NCBI GenBank assembly: GCA_951406725.2
Contig: OX597815.1
Span: 158,162,001 to 158,226,000 of the forward strand
Direction of reading: 5' to 3'
Source of the DNA: Octopus vulgaris
Taxonomy: Eukaryota
DNA: 64,000 bases
Shown here: positions 53,080 through 64,000 of the stretch, one piece after another
How positions within the stretch are numbered: position 1 is the stretch's first letter
Layout: each line of letters starts with the position of its first letter
Translations under genes and position numbers: made by a program
Notes under the pieces: generated by a model
The model's database searches: none
What the model saw: only the letters and a program-made list of their open reading frames with translations
Told to the model about the DNA's origin: nothing

Positions 53080-54107
53080 TAGTCTAATAACAACAACTAA
53101 TGAATAATGATACATACATACTAACTAATATTATTAAACTCATCTTAATTAGTCACAAAATAATCGTCTACGTTCTTTGCAATTCAAAAACCTTTTTGTA
53201 TATGTGAATCAAACGAGTTTTATAATGAATATAAATCAGTTATTCATATGAGAAAATCACTCAACATAGTTTGGTTGTTATCATTTTCATAAGCTCTGTG
53301 GGTGCGAATTTTGTATACATTGTTGGGAAAGAAAAGGAGTCAAGATTAAATGCAAGGTATAAATAATTGAGTTTTTAAATGTCTGAAATAACAAGTAATT
53401 AAAAATGTGACATTTCATGTGAAACAACCTAATAATACCCACACTGCAACATTGTTACTATAATATACTATAATAGTATATTCTATAACAACAAATAAAA
53501 CAATATTTACTAATACTACCAGGTGGTAACGATATGAATAAGGGATTTATTACATTCATTATAAAACTCATTCGATTCACATGTACAAAAAGGTTTTTGA
53601 ATTGCAAAGAAAGTAGACGATTATTTCGTGACTAATTAAGAACGTTCGTCCTTACACACGCGCACAAATATGTACATACATATAAATTTACGCATACATA
53701 TGTACATATACATACAAATACATGTATATATACAAATCTATGTACATATGCATAAAACACACACACACATTACTGTGGCTGTAAATTCTGTAAATGTAAT
53801 AAGCTTCTGATTAGAATACTTTAAAAATTAAAACAAAAATGTCGTAGATTCTTAAAATGTTTAAGTTTCAAAATCTGTGACAGCAACAAAAAGGATCCGA
53901 AAGAATTTATATTCACCATAAAGCTTGTCTAATTGAAGTTACTAAACGTTTTCGAATTTTTGAAAGAAGCAGACGATTGTTCTGTGACGTCATTCGTCAT
54001 TAAGAACGCTCGTCCACATACAGTATTTTTTATGGTGTGATTTTTAAATCTTGGACGAGCGTTCTTAATGACGAATGACGTCACAGAACAATCGTCTGCT
54101 TCTTTCA

Positions 54108-54145
<38 letters not shown>

Positions 54146-54720
54146 CTGCAGCTGCAAGTCCCCTAAACTTAAGGAGTTTCTAAGTCCCCTAAACTTAAGG
54201 AGTTTCTAACAGAAAGACTTTTGTTAAAAAATTATAACAACGATTTTGTTAATTCTTGATCTCTGATATTTTTTTGTCTTTTGGTATACATAAAAATCTG
54301 GACACCATAAAAAAAATGAGCATGATAAAAATATACATAAATAAATAAATACGCGCTTAAAAAAGTTACTTCAGAACGAAAATTTTCTGTAATTAATCTA
54401 TTTTAGATGTTAGCTTTTATATCATCCAAATCAATATTCTGTAGCAGTGATATTAGTTGAACATGAACATTATTATAACAGTTTAAATAGTATATTCTAT
54501 TACAACAATAACAAATAAATAATGGCAAATATTAATTAGTACTACAAGATAGTAATACAAAGAAATAATGTATGGCAAATATTAATTAGTACTACAAGAT
54601 AGTAATACAAAGAAATAATGTATACGCTCCATAACGCTCGTCTGATTCACGTCTATAAAAAAGGTATTGAATTGCGAAGGAAGTAGACTATCATTTCGTG
54701 ATAATTTAAGAAACGTTTTA
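53080..54720. repeat. Cluster of diverged direct and inverted repeat units
   Basis: 53144-53230 is inverted relative to 53553-53640. Perfect 57-bp inverted repeat 53960-54016/54052-54108. Another unit at ~54630-54715. Short tandem duplications of 26 bp (~54156) and 50 bp (~54522). Confidence 0.85.
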
Positions 54721-54889
54721 TAACTAGTACCGCAGAGAAAAACTACGTATACGATATATGTAAACGATATGTGTGTGTGTATGTGGGTGTGTGTGTGGAA
54801 AGAAAGGCGGTGTTTTGCGGTGGTTCCAAAAGAAGTCTTACTAAAAACGAATATGAAAAAAAAAAAAAAAAAACTGTGCAAACGAACGG

Positions 54890-55960
54890 GTGGGGAGAGA
54901 GAGAGGACATTCGGAAAATTCACAAGATCCGATTCTTTTTCTCAGAACTTTTAGGAAAATGGATATCTTTTATTGAAATTTTACAGAAATACCTTTCAAA
55001 CGGCATAGATTACGATTATAAAGAAATCTGTGGGGAAAATATTTTCCTGAAAGTTATGAGGAAAAAAATCGGTTCGTGTGAATTTTCCGAAAGTCCTCTC
55101 GCCACTCACCCACCTCCATTCGTTTACGCAAATTTTTGTTCTCATATTCGTTCACAACACGTTCTTTTACACCTAGTAGACTGGTTTGTTTCGTTTTGGT
55201 GCCCGGACGCTAAACTAAATCCTGAAAGTCAGGGAAAAAACGGATCGTGTGAACTTTTTGAGTCCTCTCCCCACCCCTTTAGAAAGCATTTTCTCCTCAA
55301 ATTTCCTTATTACCGTAATCTACGTTGTTTGAAAGGTGTTTCTGTAAAATTTCATGAAAAGATATCAATTTTCCTGAAAGTTATGAGGAAAAAAATCAGA
55401 TCGTGTGAATTTTCCGAAAGTCTTCTCCTTGCGCAAATTTTTGTTACCATATTCGTTTTCTGCACGTTATTTTACACCTAGTAGACTGGGGTGTTTTTCG
55501 TTTTGGTGACCGGGCGCTAAACTAGATCTTGAAAGTTATGTAAAAAAAAAAAATCGTGTAAACTTTCCGACAGTCCTCTCCCCACCCCTTCGGAAAACAT
55601 TTTCCCCATAAATTTCTTAATAATTGTAATCTTATGCAGTTTGAAAGGTATTTCTGTAAAATTTCATCAAAAGATATCCATTTTCCTGAAACGGATCTTA
55701 TGAATTTTCCGAAATTCTCTCCTCGCCCCTTCGGAAAGCATTTCCCCCAGAAATTTCTTTATAATCGTAATCTGTGTCATTTGAACGGTATTTATATAAA
55801 ATTTCATCAATATATATCTATTTTCCTAAAAGTTATGAGGGGGAAAAAACGGATTTTGTGAATTTTCTGAGAGTCCTTCCTCCCACCGTTCGTCGCGCCA
55901 TTTTTTTCCTATTCGTTCTCTACATATTTTCTTACACGCAGGAGGCTGTCTTTTTTTTTC
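54890..55960. repeat. Diverged ~150/310-bp modular tandem array with an inverted first unit
   Basis: Recurrent TTTTCCTGAAAGTTATGAGGAAAAAAATC..CGTGTGAATTTTCCGAAAGTC; ~54905-55040 is the reverse complement of ~55289-55420. Confidence 0.8.
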
Positions 55961-55984
55961 CGTTAACGGATCTCAACTTGTATA

Positions 55985-56190
55985 TTGACCACAGAATCGT
56001 TAGCACGCTGGGCAAAATGTTTTGCGGAATTTAGTCCGTCTTCACGTTCAAATTTCGCCGAGGTCGTCTTTGCCGTTCATCCTTTTGGGATCGATAAAGT
56101 TAATACCAGTTGACGGCTGGGGCTGATATAATAATCGACTTGCACCTTTCCCCGAACTTGCTGGAATTGTGCCAAAATTTGAAACCGATA
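55985..56190 (+). mobile_element. tRNA-derived SINE with Meta/Nin-like domain, decayed
   Basis: TTTGCCGTTCATCCTTTTGGGATCGATAAAG..TACCAG, homologous to 61606-61993. Confidence 0.75.
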
Positions 56191-56471
56191 TTACCTTTAG
56201 TTAAGTAGCAAATACTTGCAATGTAGCTTGGATGGTTAGACACCATTATACGAAATATTTCTATTTACAATATACCAATGTTTCTCAATTTTTTTTCTTA
56301 TTTTGTCACACTCTACTTCGATTTCACCAAAATATGTATTTCCTTCCATGATCTGGGAAAGTTAATACATACATACATACATACATACATACATACATAC
56401 ATACATACATACATACATAGATACATACATACATACATACATACATATGTGTGTGTGTGTGTGTGTGTGTG

Positions 56472-56725
56472 TGGAGGCGTGTGGCTTAATGGTTAGGGTG
56501 TCAGCATCATGATCGTAAGATTGTGGTTTCGATTCCTGGACCAGGCGGCGCGTTGTGTTCTTGAGCAAAGCACTTCATTTCACATTGCTCCAGTCCACTC
56601 AGCTGGCGAAAAATGAGTAACGCTGCGATGGACTGGCGTCCCGTCCAGCTGGGGAACACATACGCTATTGAAACCAGGAAACCGGGCCCATGAGCCTGGC
56701 TAGGCTTTAAAAGGGCGCATTTATT
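56472..56725 (+). mobile_element. tRNA-derived SINE; head as at 1080, different 3' half
   Basis: A and B boxes, CTTGAGCAAAGCACTT, TGCTCCAGTCCACTCAGCTGG, then CTGCGATGGACTGGCGTCCCGTCCAG. Confidence 0.82.
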
Positions 56726-57241
56726 ATTTTATACACACACACACACACACATATATATCAGCGAAATTAATTATTGCTCAGCGCGTTATAGGGAAAGACT
56801 TCTTCTCGTTCCCCACCATTTACCCCCAACCCACTTTAAAAAAAAATACAATAATGTAATAAAGCTTAATTATGTAATAAACCTTAGTTTCAGTTTCTGT
56901 CTACCAAATCCACCTACAAGGCTTTGGTCAGTCCGAGGCTATAGTAGAAGACACTTGCCCAAGGTGGAACTGAACTCGGAACCATGAGGTTAAGAAGCAA
57001 GCTTCTTCCCACACAGGAATGCTTGCGCCTATATATCAGTAAATTTTATTGAAAAACCAACAACAAAAACTCCTAATACATCAGGTTATAATAGTTTAAT
57101 TACCATTATCTAATACATTGTTCAACACTGTTAAACATTTTGTAGATTTTAATGACAATTCAGTTCCCCATTTTAATGACAATTTAGCATACACAGAGAC
57201 GCATGTATAAATTTTTTATTTTGAATTGTGACTGCGATTAA

Positions 57242-57558
57242 CACATAAAGCGCGACGGGTCACGATCATAGCTGTCAGACACAAGTCGTCAGGCCACGAT
57301 CGTGGGTCAGATAGATGCATTTGATTTAAGGGCGTTTGTTGGGGGGTCTAATGTCACTCAAATGCTCAGATACTGCCCCAGAATCAACGGGACTGATAAT
57401 TCAACTAATAACTTTTCAGATGATGTAAAACTTGCCACCATTAAGAAGATATTTAAACTATTTATCTGTTGTTTTTTATGTGGGCATAGTAGTCTCATTT
57501 TCATAAAATGTGCTCAGCAGTCCATGCTATATAAGTGCAAATCCCAGCGCTTTATGGG
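57242..57558. mobile_element. piggyBac-type MITE, 317 bp
   Basis: TTAA|CACATAAAGCGC ... GCGCTTTATGGG|TTAA, with one TIR mismatch. Confidence 0.78.
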
Positions 57559-58299
57559 TTAAAAAGGAAGCTTATTAAATTCCTTTCCATTCGGTCACTG
57601 GAAATATGTAATAAATGATGAGCGGTACGAACATATATATCTTTAAATATTCCAAAAATTCGATTTGGTATATTACAACAAGGTTAAGTTGCCGTATATG
57701 TATGTAAACAACGAACCCTTGTGTAAAACTAACGGATCACATAGACGACATACATCATTCACCGAATTTACAATTTGATCATCATTTTATGTAGGCGACT
57801 ACTAAAATGAATTACACCGCGTTATAATTATCGTCTGTGGTTCAGTTAAAGACATAATGATACACCCCCACCTTCTGAATTGTAGAGATTCGGAGATTCG
57901 ACAGGTGTAGTGTAAGTGATAATACTTTGAGTAAATGAGAGATGCTGCGATTCAAGGTTATTAATGGTAATGGCTATATTGGCTTTGGTGTTGATGATGA
58001 TAAATAGTAGTGGTGGTGAAGATTTAATTAATGACTAATATATATTATATTATTATATTATATTCATTCATTTTATACTCTTTGGAAAATATATATATAT
58101 ATATATATATTATATATTTATTAATTATATATATTATTAGTTATTTATGTATTGGTTTATGTCTATCACTGTTTGAGTTGCATAATAGTGGTTTTATCTC
58201 TAATTCATATTATATATATATATATTGTGTATACACACACCCACACACGAGGTAGATAAAATAATGGAAACAGTGTTAAATTGAAGTTTTATAATTTAA

Positions 58300-58550
58300 T
58301 AATGGAGCTGGTCACCTTTGGCTTCAATCACAAATTTAACACACGAGGAATCGATTAATTGACTCATACAGGTATGAATGGTTTGTTAGGGGAAATTTGA
58401 GCCATTCTTCAAGTAAAAACCTACTTTAGCTCTTTCAGCAATGATGGCAGAGGGAAGTGGCTTCTCCATTGCTACTCCAAGATAGATCATAAATGTTAAA
58501 TTATATTGAGATCTGGTGATTTACGGAGCCACCCTAAGTGGTCTGCCTCA
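58300..58550 (-). mobile_element. Tc1 transposase C-terminal fragment
   Basis: W..KSPDLNII..L.SILE, LKELK, SIPR; decayed. Confidence 0.7.
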
Positions 58551-59701
58551 CTTTTGTACTCTTCTTACAGACTTTTTTGTATAGTATTTGTTTACAAAAT
58601 TTCACTCACAAATTATTGATCAGTCGAAGACTTGTCCATTGTGCCATGTTGTAGTATTGAAACCAAAACTGTACAATTGTAAAGCAACTTTCTTAAACAT
58701 TCAGCCATGCCTGCACATATACACACTGCTCCCCCCATATACACATTATCAATATGTATGTAGTGAAGGAAAATACAGGTTGAATAAATCCAGGTTAATA
58801 CCTCAGTTAACACACAACATGATAAACTTGGCCAACAAAATGTCCATTAAAGAGTATAGTAATCCAAATAGATTATTCATACTTTGTGACAGGTGCCAAC
58901 TATAAAACTCAAGATATTCAATTGATAGGTAGTTAAATTAATCACAAATATAATAGTAATCAAATAAAGAATGCTCAGGCAGGCAAAGACAGCCTCACTT
59001 CCATAGCAAAGCAGGAGACCGAGTCACTGAAAAGGTTATGGGAAAAAAAGAAAAAAGGGGGTTGACTGTTTACCAACAAGTTAAACAAATGAGTAATTAG
59101 TTAGTTGGATAAATATTTACCTATATATATTAATTCTGTCTGTTCGGACCCCTGACCCCTGTATCCCAGTCTACATTTGTTCTACATAGACATATTATAC
59201 CCTTTTTGGAATCAGGATGATCCCGGGATTGAAAATCTTCCTTTTATTTGGTTCTTGAACATCTAACATTGGAATCTGATTTAAAAGTATTTGGGATGCT
59301 ATTTCTAGCAGGTAAAGCTTGGCTGATTCACAACATCTTGGTCAGAGATCAAGCGGGAGATAAGCGACATTTGCTTCATTAATTTTATGTTGAGATAAGA
59401 ACTTTGGAACAAAGCGGTCAACAGTTGGAATTCAACTTGGGACTGGAACAACAAAATAGTTGCATTACAGAATTAATTCTCATCCGTCCTTAATGTCTGA
59501 GCACACACCACTGGGACATATAGTCATTATAGACATATATAGACATACAGTCATGCTATTCAGCTCTCCTTAGTTTAGCCCTCTGTAGAAGCTAGCTTAA
59601 AAGTCTGCATAGAGTGCAACTTTTAAGCTAGATAAAGAAGTGGAATTGAACTAGTACACGTGTTATTGATATTGATGTATTGATTCTCTCAAGACACAAC
59701 A

Positions 59702-60058
59702 TAATGAAGAATAATATTCATATATTACTATATTTTTTTACATATGTATCAATTAATTCAGTGAACTTTATCCTCTACATATCATGCATGGTGTGCAAGC
59801 TTAATCGATCGATCAATTGATCAAGTAATCAACCAGTTTATGAAACAGTCATTTCATGAAACCATTCTCTTTTGAGAATAGTTTTTGAGATGACTGTTCT
59901 GAAGTGAATGGTTTCATGAGATTACTTTTCCATAAACTGGCTGATTAATTGACTGATTAAGCATGAAGCCTATGATGATATGTAGTGCATACAGTTCATT
60001 GAATCAGTTGAAACATATGTAAATAAGTAAAGTATTATATGAATATCATTCTTTATTT
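59702..60058. repeat. Old foldback/MITE-like palindrome (~355 bp)
   Basis: AAGAATAATATTCATATA/TATATGAATATCATTCTT, CCAGTTTATG/CATAAACTGG and TCATGAAACCATTC/GAATGGTTTCATGA are symmetrically placed. Confidence 0.8.
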
Positions 60059-60102
60059 GGTTACTCTGTGTGTGTCTGTATGTATATATATGTATATATA
60101 TA

Positions 60103-60332
60103 ACGCCATAATGGACCGTTAGCTCCTACACGCATTTTTTCTCTCTCCTTGTTTCTTTTCTGTGTATCTTTCTGTTGAAGAGCGTAGGCTCGAAACGTAA
60201 AAGACTTGTTCTATTTCTATTCCTGAGCGCCATACTAATACATTTGTTTGTTTGTACTCCACCTGCCTTCGTCTTTTGTTTATTTTCGTAAACCTGCCTT
60301 CGTCTTTTGTTTATTTTCATAAACCTTCCCGT
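60103..60332 (+). mobile_element. Third copy of the ~200-nt hammerhead-bearing repeat (motif 60167-60204)
   Basis: TCTTT-CTGTTGA-A-GAGC GTAG GCTC-GAAACGTA-AAAGA. Confidence 0.75.
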
Positions 60333-60341
60333 TATATATAT

Positions 60342-60546
60342 AGTTAATCCAAACATGAACAAAGAAAAAACACAACAACGTGAGGACGTGGAACAAGTAC
60401 AGTGTAATTGGACGCTCAGGAAAAGAAAGAAAGAAGGAGGATTTAATGTTTCAAGCGGAGCTCTTCATCAGAAACATAGAAAAAGGAAAGGTCCAAGGAA
60501 GGGAAGACGGAGAAAGAAAATCGCCAATGATACACACGCGGTCACA
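60342..60546 (-). mobile_element. Sister ~200-nt repeat with canonical hammerhead core (60441-60475)
   Basis: Minus strand GTTT-CTGATGA-A-GAGC TCC GCTT-GAAACATT-AAAT; shares the downstream TTCCTGAGCG. Confidence 0.68.
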
Positions 60547-61099
60547 TAATATATATATATATATATTTACCCATACACACATGTATATAAACATACACAT
60601 ATATTTCTATGAGTACACACACACACGCGCTTGCACACGCATGTGCTTACGTGCACACACACACAATCAACATCCAAAAATACATAGATTTACAGACTGA
60701 CTTGAGTTTATGCTAGTGTGATTTAACTGAGTGATAAAAAGCCTGGTTTAAAATTTACCCAATTTTTGCCATCATTATGATACCAGTGCAATTTCTTCTA
60801 CAAAATTAATACAAAGATAAGGTGAACATTTAGAAATGTAACTGTTTTTTTTTTTATAATTTCTATTCTTTGTGAAGAACACATATATTATCGTTTCTTT
60901 TCCAATGAGACCTGTTATATTCTAAGAATTCATATAAGATAATCAGTAAAGTTATCTATCACTAATTATAAATGCTGTTTATGTAATTTAGCAGTGATTA
61001 TATGCACTGTTTCTTTGCTTACATATTCCAGAATGTTTACTGTTCATACAATAATCCATAATATTAAAGTAAAGTTACAGTTTCACGATATGGCAAAAA

Positions 61100-62300
61100 G
61101 TAAAAAAAAAAAAAAAAAAAAAAACTGTATGTCTCAAATAGAAGATTAGTAAATCTGAAAATCTGAGTGCTCCAGTCAAGATATCAGACCAAGACACAAG
61201 TTTAAAAAAGAAAATGAATACCATATGTCAAACGAAAGTTGGTAAAAGCTGGTCTAGTGTTTGTAGGTCTACGAATTTATACTGCCACCGACTGTTATGC
61301 TGATCACAAAAAATGCAGAGAAAATAAAACTTCAATGCAACAAGCTACTAGAGTAAGTGCAATGAGAGTTATTCTTGTGGTAAATTAGCAAGAACAAATG
61401 GAGATGTGATTAACATTGTAAGTCGCAAATTTGAACCAGAAATAAATTCTCGCGAGTCAAGTATTATTTATAATAAGGAAAAGTCTATTTTTGATGAACT
61501 AAAGAAAAAAATAGGCTGAAGATAAAACGCTTAAAGGTAGTAAGGACTGGTTTGCAAGTTTTCAGAAGTAGCAAAGTGCAAATATGGAAGAAACTAGAAT
61601 ATTCTTTTCTACTCTAGGCACAAGGCCCAAAATTTTGGGGGAGGGAACCAGTCAATTAGATCAACTCCAGTATGCGACTGGTACTTAATTTATCGACCCT
61701 GAAAAGCAAAGCCGACCTCGGCGGAATTTGAACTCAGAACGTAAAGACAGACAAAATACCTATTTCTTTACTACCCACAAGGGGCTAAACACAGAGAGGA
61801 CAAACAAGGACAGATGAACGGATTAAGTCGATTATATTGACCCCACTGCGTAACTGGTACTTAATTTATCGACCCCGAAAGGATGAAAGGCAAAGTTGAC
61901 CTTGGCAGAATTTGAACTCAGAACGTAATGGCAGACGAAATACCGCTAAGCATTTCACCCGGCATGCTAACAATTCTGCCAGCTCGCTGCCCTAAGAAAC
62001 CAGAATATTCTCTGCAGATTTCCAAGCTATTATATATACAGAGTAGTGCATATCCATATTTTCAATGTAAATAATTAATGGCTATATTGGAAGTGAAGGC
62101 TTTTAGGTGCCTTTACTACCATTGTAGAAAAGTCTGTGTCACGAGTTAACGATGCAATGGTTAGATTATTATACCTCAGTTAGATTATCATTCATTTGGT
62201 AGTAATACTTGAGGAACCCTGAAATTGAAGCCAAAGTTGGTCGATTGCCTGTTGAATGGAAGTCCAACAAAAATGATGGGTCACACATGAAGTATTCTTG
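61100..62300 (+). mobile_element. Highly decayed pogo/Tigger-like remnant split by a SINE
   Basis: GSKDWFASFQK before the SINE and IFNVNN..LYWK after it. Boundaries uncertain. Confidence 0.5.
61606..61993 (-). mobile_element. Partially dimeric tRNA-derived SINE with Meta/Nin-like domain and 18-bp TSD
   Basis: B box GAGTTCAAATTC occurs twice; GCCTTTCATCCTTTCGGGGTCGATAAATTAAGTACC; TSD AAGAAAC(T/C)AGAATATTCT at 61588-61605 and 61994-62011. Confidence 0.88.
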
Positions 62301-62393
62301 GACTAAAAATGAAAGCACAAAGGGGTATAAACATATTCTTTACCATTAATGAAATATTGACTAATTATCATCACCATGACTCCTTCCAATATA

Positions 62394-62436
<43 letters not shown>

Positions 62437-62689
62437 ATGATGATATCTATCTATCTATGTAATATATTATATATAAATTTATATATGCATGTATGTATGT
62501 ATACACAAGGATGATATAACATGGCGATGGAGGTTAACAACAAATGTAGATCACAACATTTGTTTCTGCACTGCACAACAGCCTTTAAGTTGCTGAGTTT
62601 ATATTCAAAGATCATTCTTTATAATTATTATACAGTTGAATTCTTCTCAACAACAACTGTGTGGGTGTTTCATTAGGGTGGAATATATA

Positions 62690-62745
<56 letters not shown>

Positions 62746-64000
62746 CACTCATATATATATATATATATATCAATCATCATCATTAGCAGTTAGCTTCTGT
62801 GTTCTATGCTGGCATAGGTTAGATGGCTAGACAGGATCTAATAGGTCAGAGGACTGTATCACACTCCAATGTCTGTTTTGGTATGGGTTTTTTTGGTTGG
62901 ATGTCCTTCATAATGAGAACCACTTCATAGAGTGTACTGACTGCTTTTTCGCATCACTGACACCAGTGAGGTTGTCAAGTAGAAGACTCCTTGATTGAGA
63001 GGGAAGGGTATTGAGGTAGGTGGCAGCTTATGCCAGGTGTTGAAAAGCAAGAGTATGATAGAGGGATGCATTCAGTTAGTGGACAATAGAGGAAACTTAT
63101 TTTGAGGGGGACTTCTGAGTTTTGCCTGGAGACTCATTCAACTCCTGGTTGAATAAATCATGGGGCAAAATTTAAAGCCCCAGCCTAAATTAATTATACA
63201 ATAAATTTAAGTCTACTTTCATTGTTTAAAACAATAACCTTAAATTGACATTTAGGAGGAATGTTTTATGCATTTTATTCCAATGAAGTTTTTCTCTAAC
63301 TTTCTATTGAGGATTTAATGCTTAAAATGATAAAATACTGTTACTCAATATTTTATCTATTTTAGAAAAAACTATACTCTGAGAGCCAAATTTAGCATTG
63401 TTGTATATGGTCATTTTTCCATATCTCTGCTTATAATTTTGTGATATCTTATGGTGAGATGGAAAATTTCCTATCTATCAATGAAAAGCAAAATCTGTAA
63501 GTTGGATTAAAGCAATCTCTATACTGAAAGATACTTTAAACCGAGTCATACATCTATATCAATGTCTATTTTTCAGAAACCTTACTGTTATCATTAATCG
63601 AATACATTATACCTGAAATCATTCCTTGTAAAGCAGATAAGTAGAATAAGAATGAACTTTTCTCATTGGTGGAAATGCTCCACAGCTTCAATGATATATT
63701 TTTCACCATGTTATTTTATATTCCTAGAGAGATAAGAAAAATGGCTTGCTTGGTTCAAGGTTTTGTTAGGCTTAGGGAAATGGTAAAAATGCTCTATAGA
63801 AAGAATCAAGATAACACCTAGGAAATCTACAAGCTGTGTGTTGGTTTTAACAGTTAAAGAAAGGATTTATTTTTTAAAAAGAGAGTACTATCCTTTCTTA
63901 TCCTATCAACAGTTTTGTGGTTATAATCAGTCAGGGCTAAAAGTCCTTTCTAATATAACCTCTATTCTACCCTTGGAAATCAATCTTTATCTTTAAAAGT

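Noticed and set aside
54771-55481. 236-aa ORF
   Set aside because: Starts in (TG)n and runs through a tandem repeat with an internally repeated peptide; no domain signature.
63586-63612. 27-nt AG/GT-bounded candidate micro-exon on the minus strand
   Set aside because: Open only in phase 1, which cannot join directly to the phase-0 start of the 52297 exon; such sites arise by chance.

Overview
AT-rich eukaryotic genomic DNA. The repeat repertoire (RTE LINEs with (GAT)n tails, tRNA-derived CORE-type and Meta/Nin-type SINEs, dense (TA)n/(CA)n) points to an octopus or other coleoid cephalopod; this is an inference. Roughly 1-38.6 kb is a near-continuous chain of mobile elements separated by (TA)n tracts: mariner, Tc1, three large copies of one RTE family (one with about 575 uninterrupted codons), CR1-like and BovB-like LINEs, Penelope-like element (PLE) fragments, non-autonomous Helitrons, piggyBac-type MITEs and foldback elements. 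About 40-53 kb is older, less repetitive intron-like DNA. The only convincing host coding sequence is a 70-nt minus-strand exon (52228-52297, IKKEDIIYEPIRFRRQTVCDCPP-G) resembling the furin-site/CxCPPG exon of transmembrane (MACIT) collagens. The ORF track misses it, and most ORFs in the track are microsatellite artefacts. Main hidden signals: (1) at least 11 hammerhead-ribozyme-like motifs from PLE 3' ends, including a ~200-nt non-coding family with a fixed non-canonical CUGU(A/U)GA core; (2) two PLE insertions with twin-priming-type 5' inversions; (3) composite Helitrons with stacked 5' ends; (4) a ~4.7-kb nested inverted structure and several near-perfect local foldbacks. All calls were made by eye, and element boundaries are approximate unless termini are quoted.
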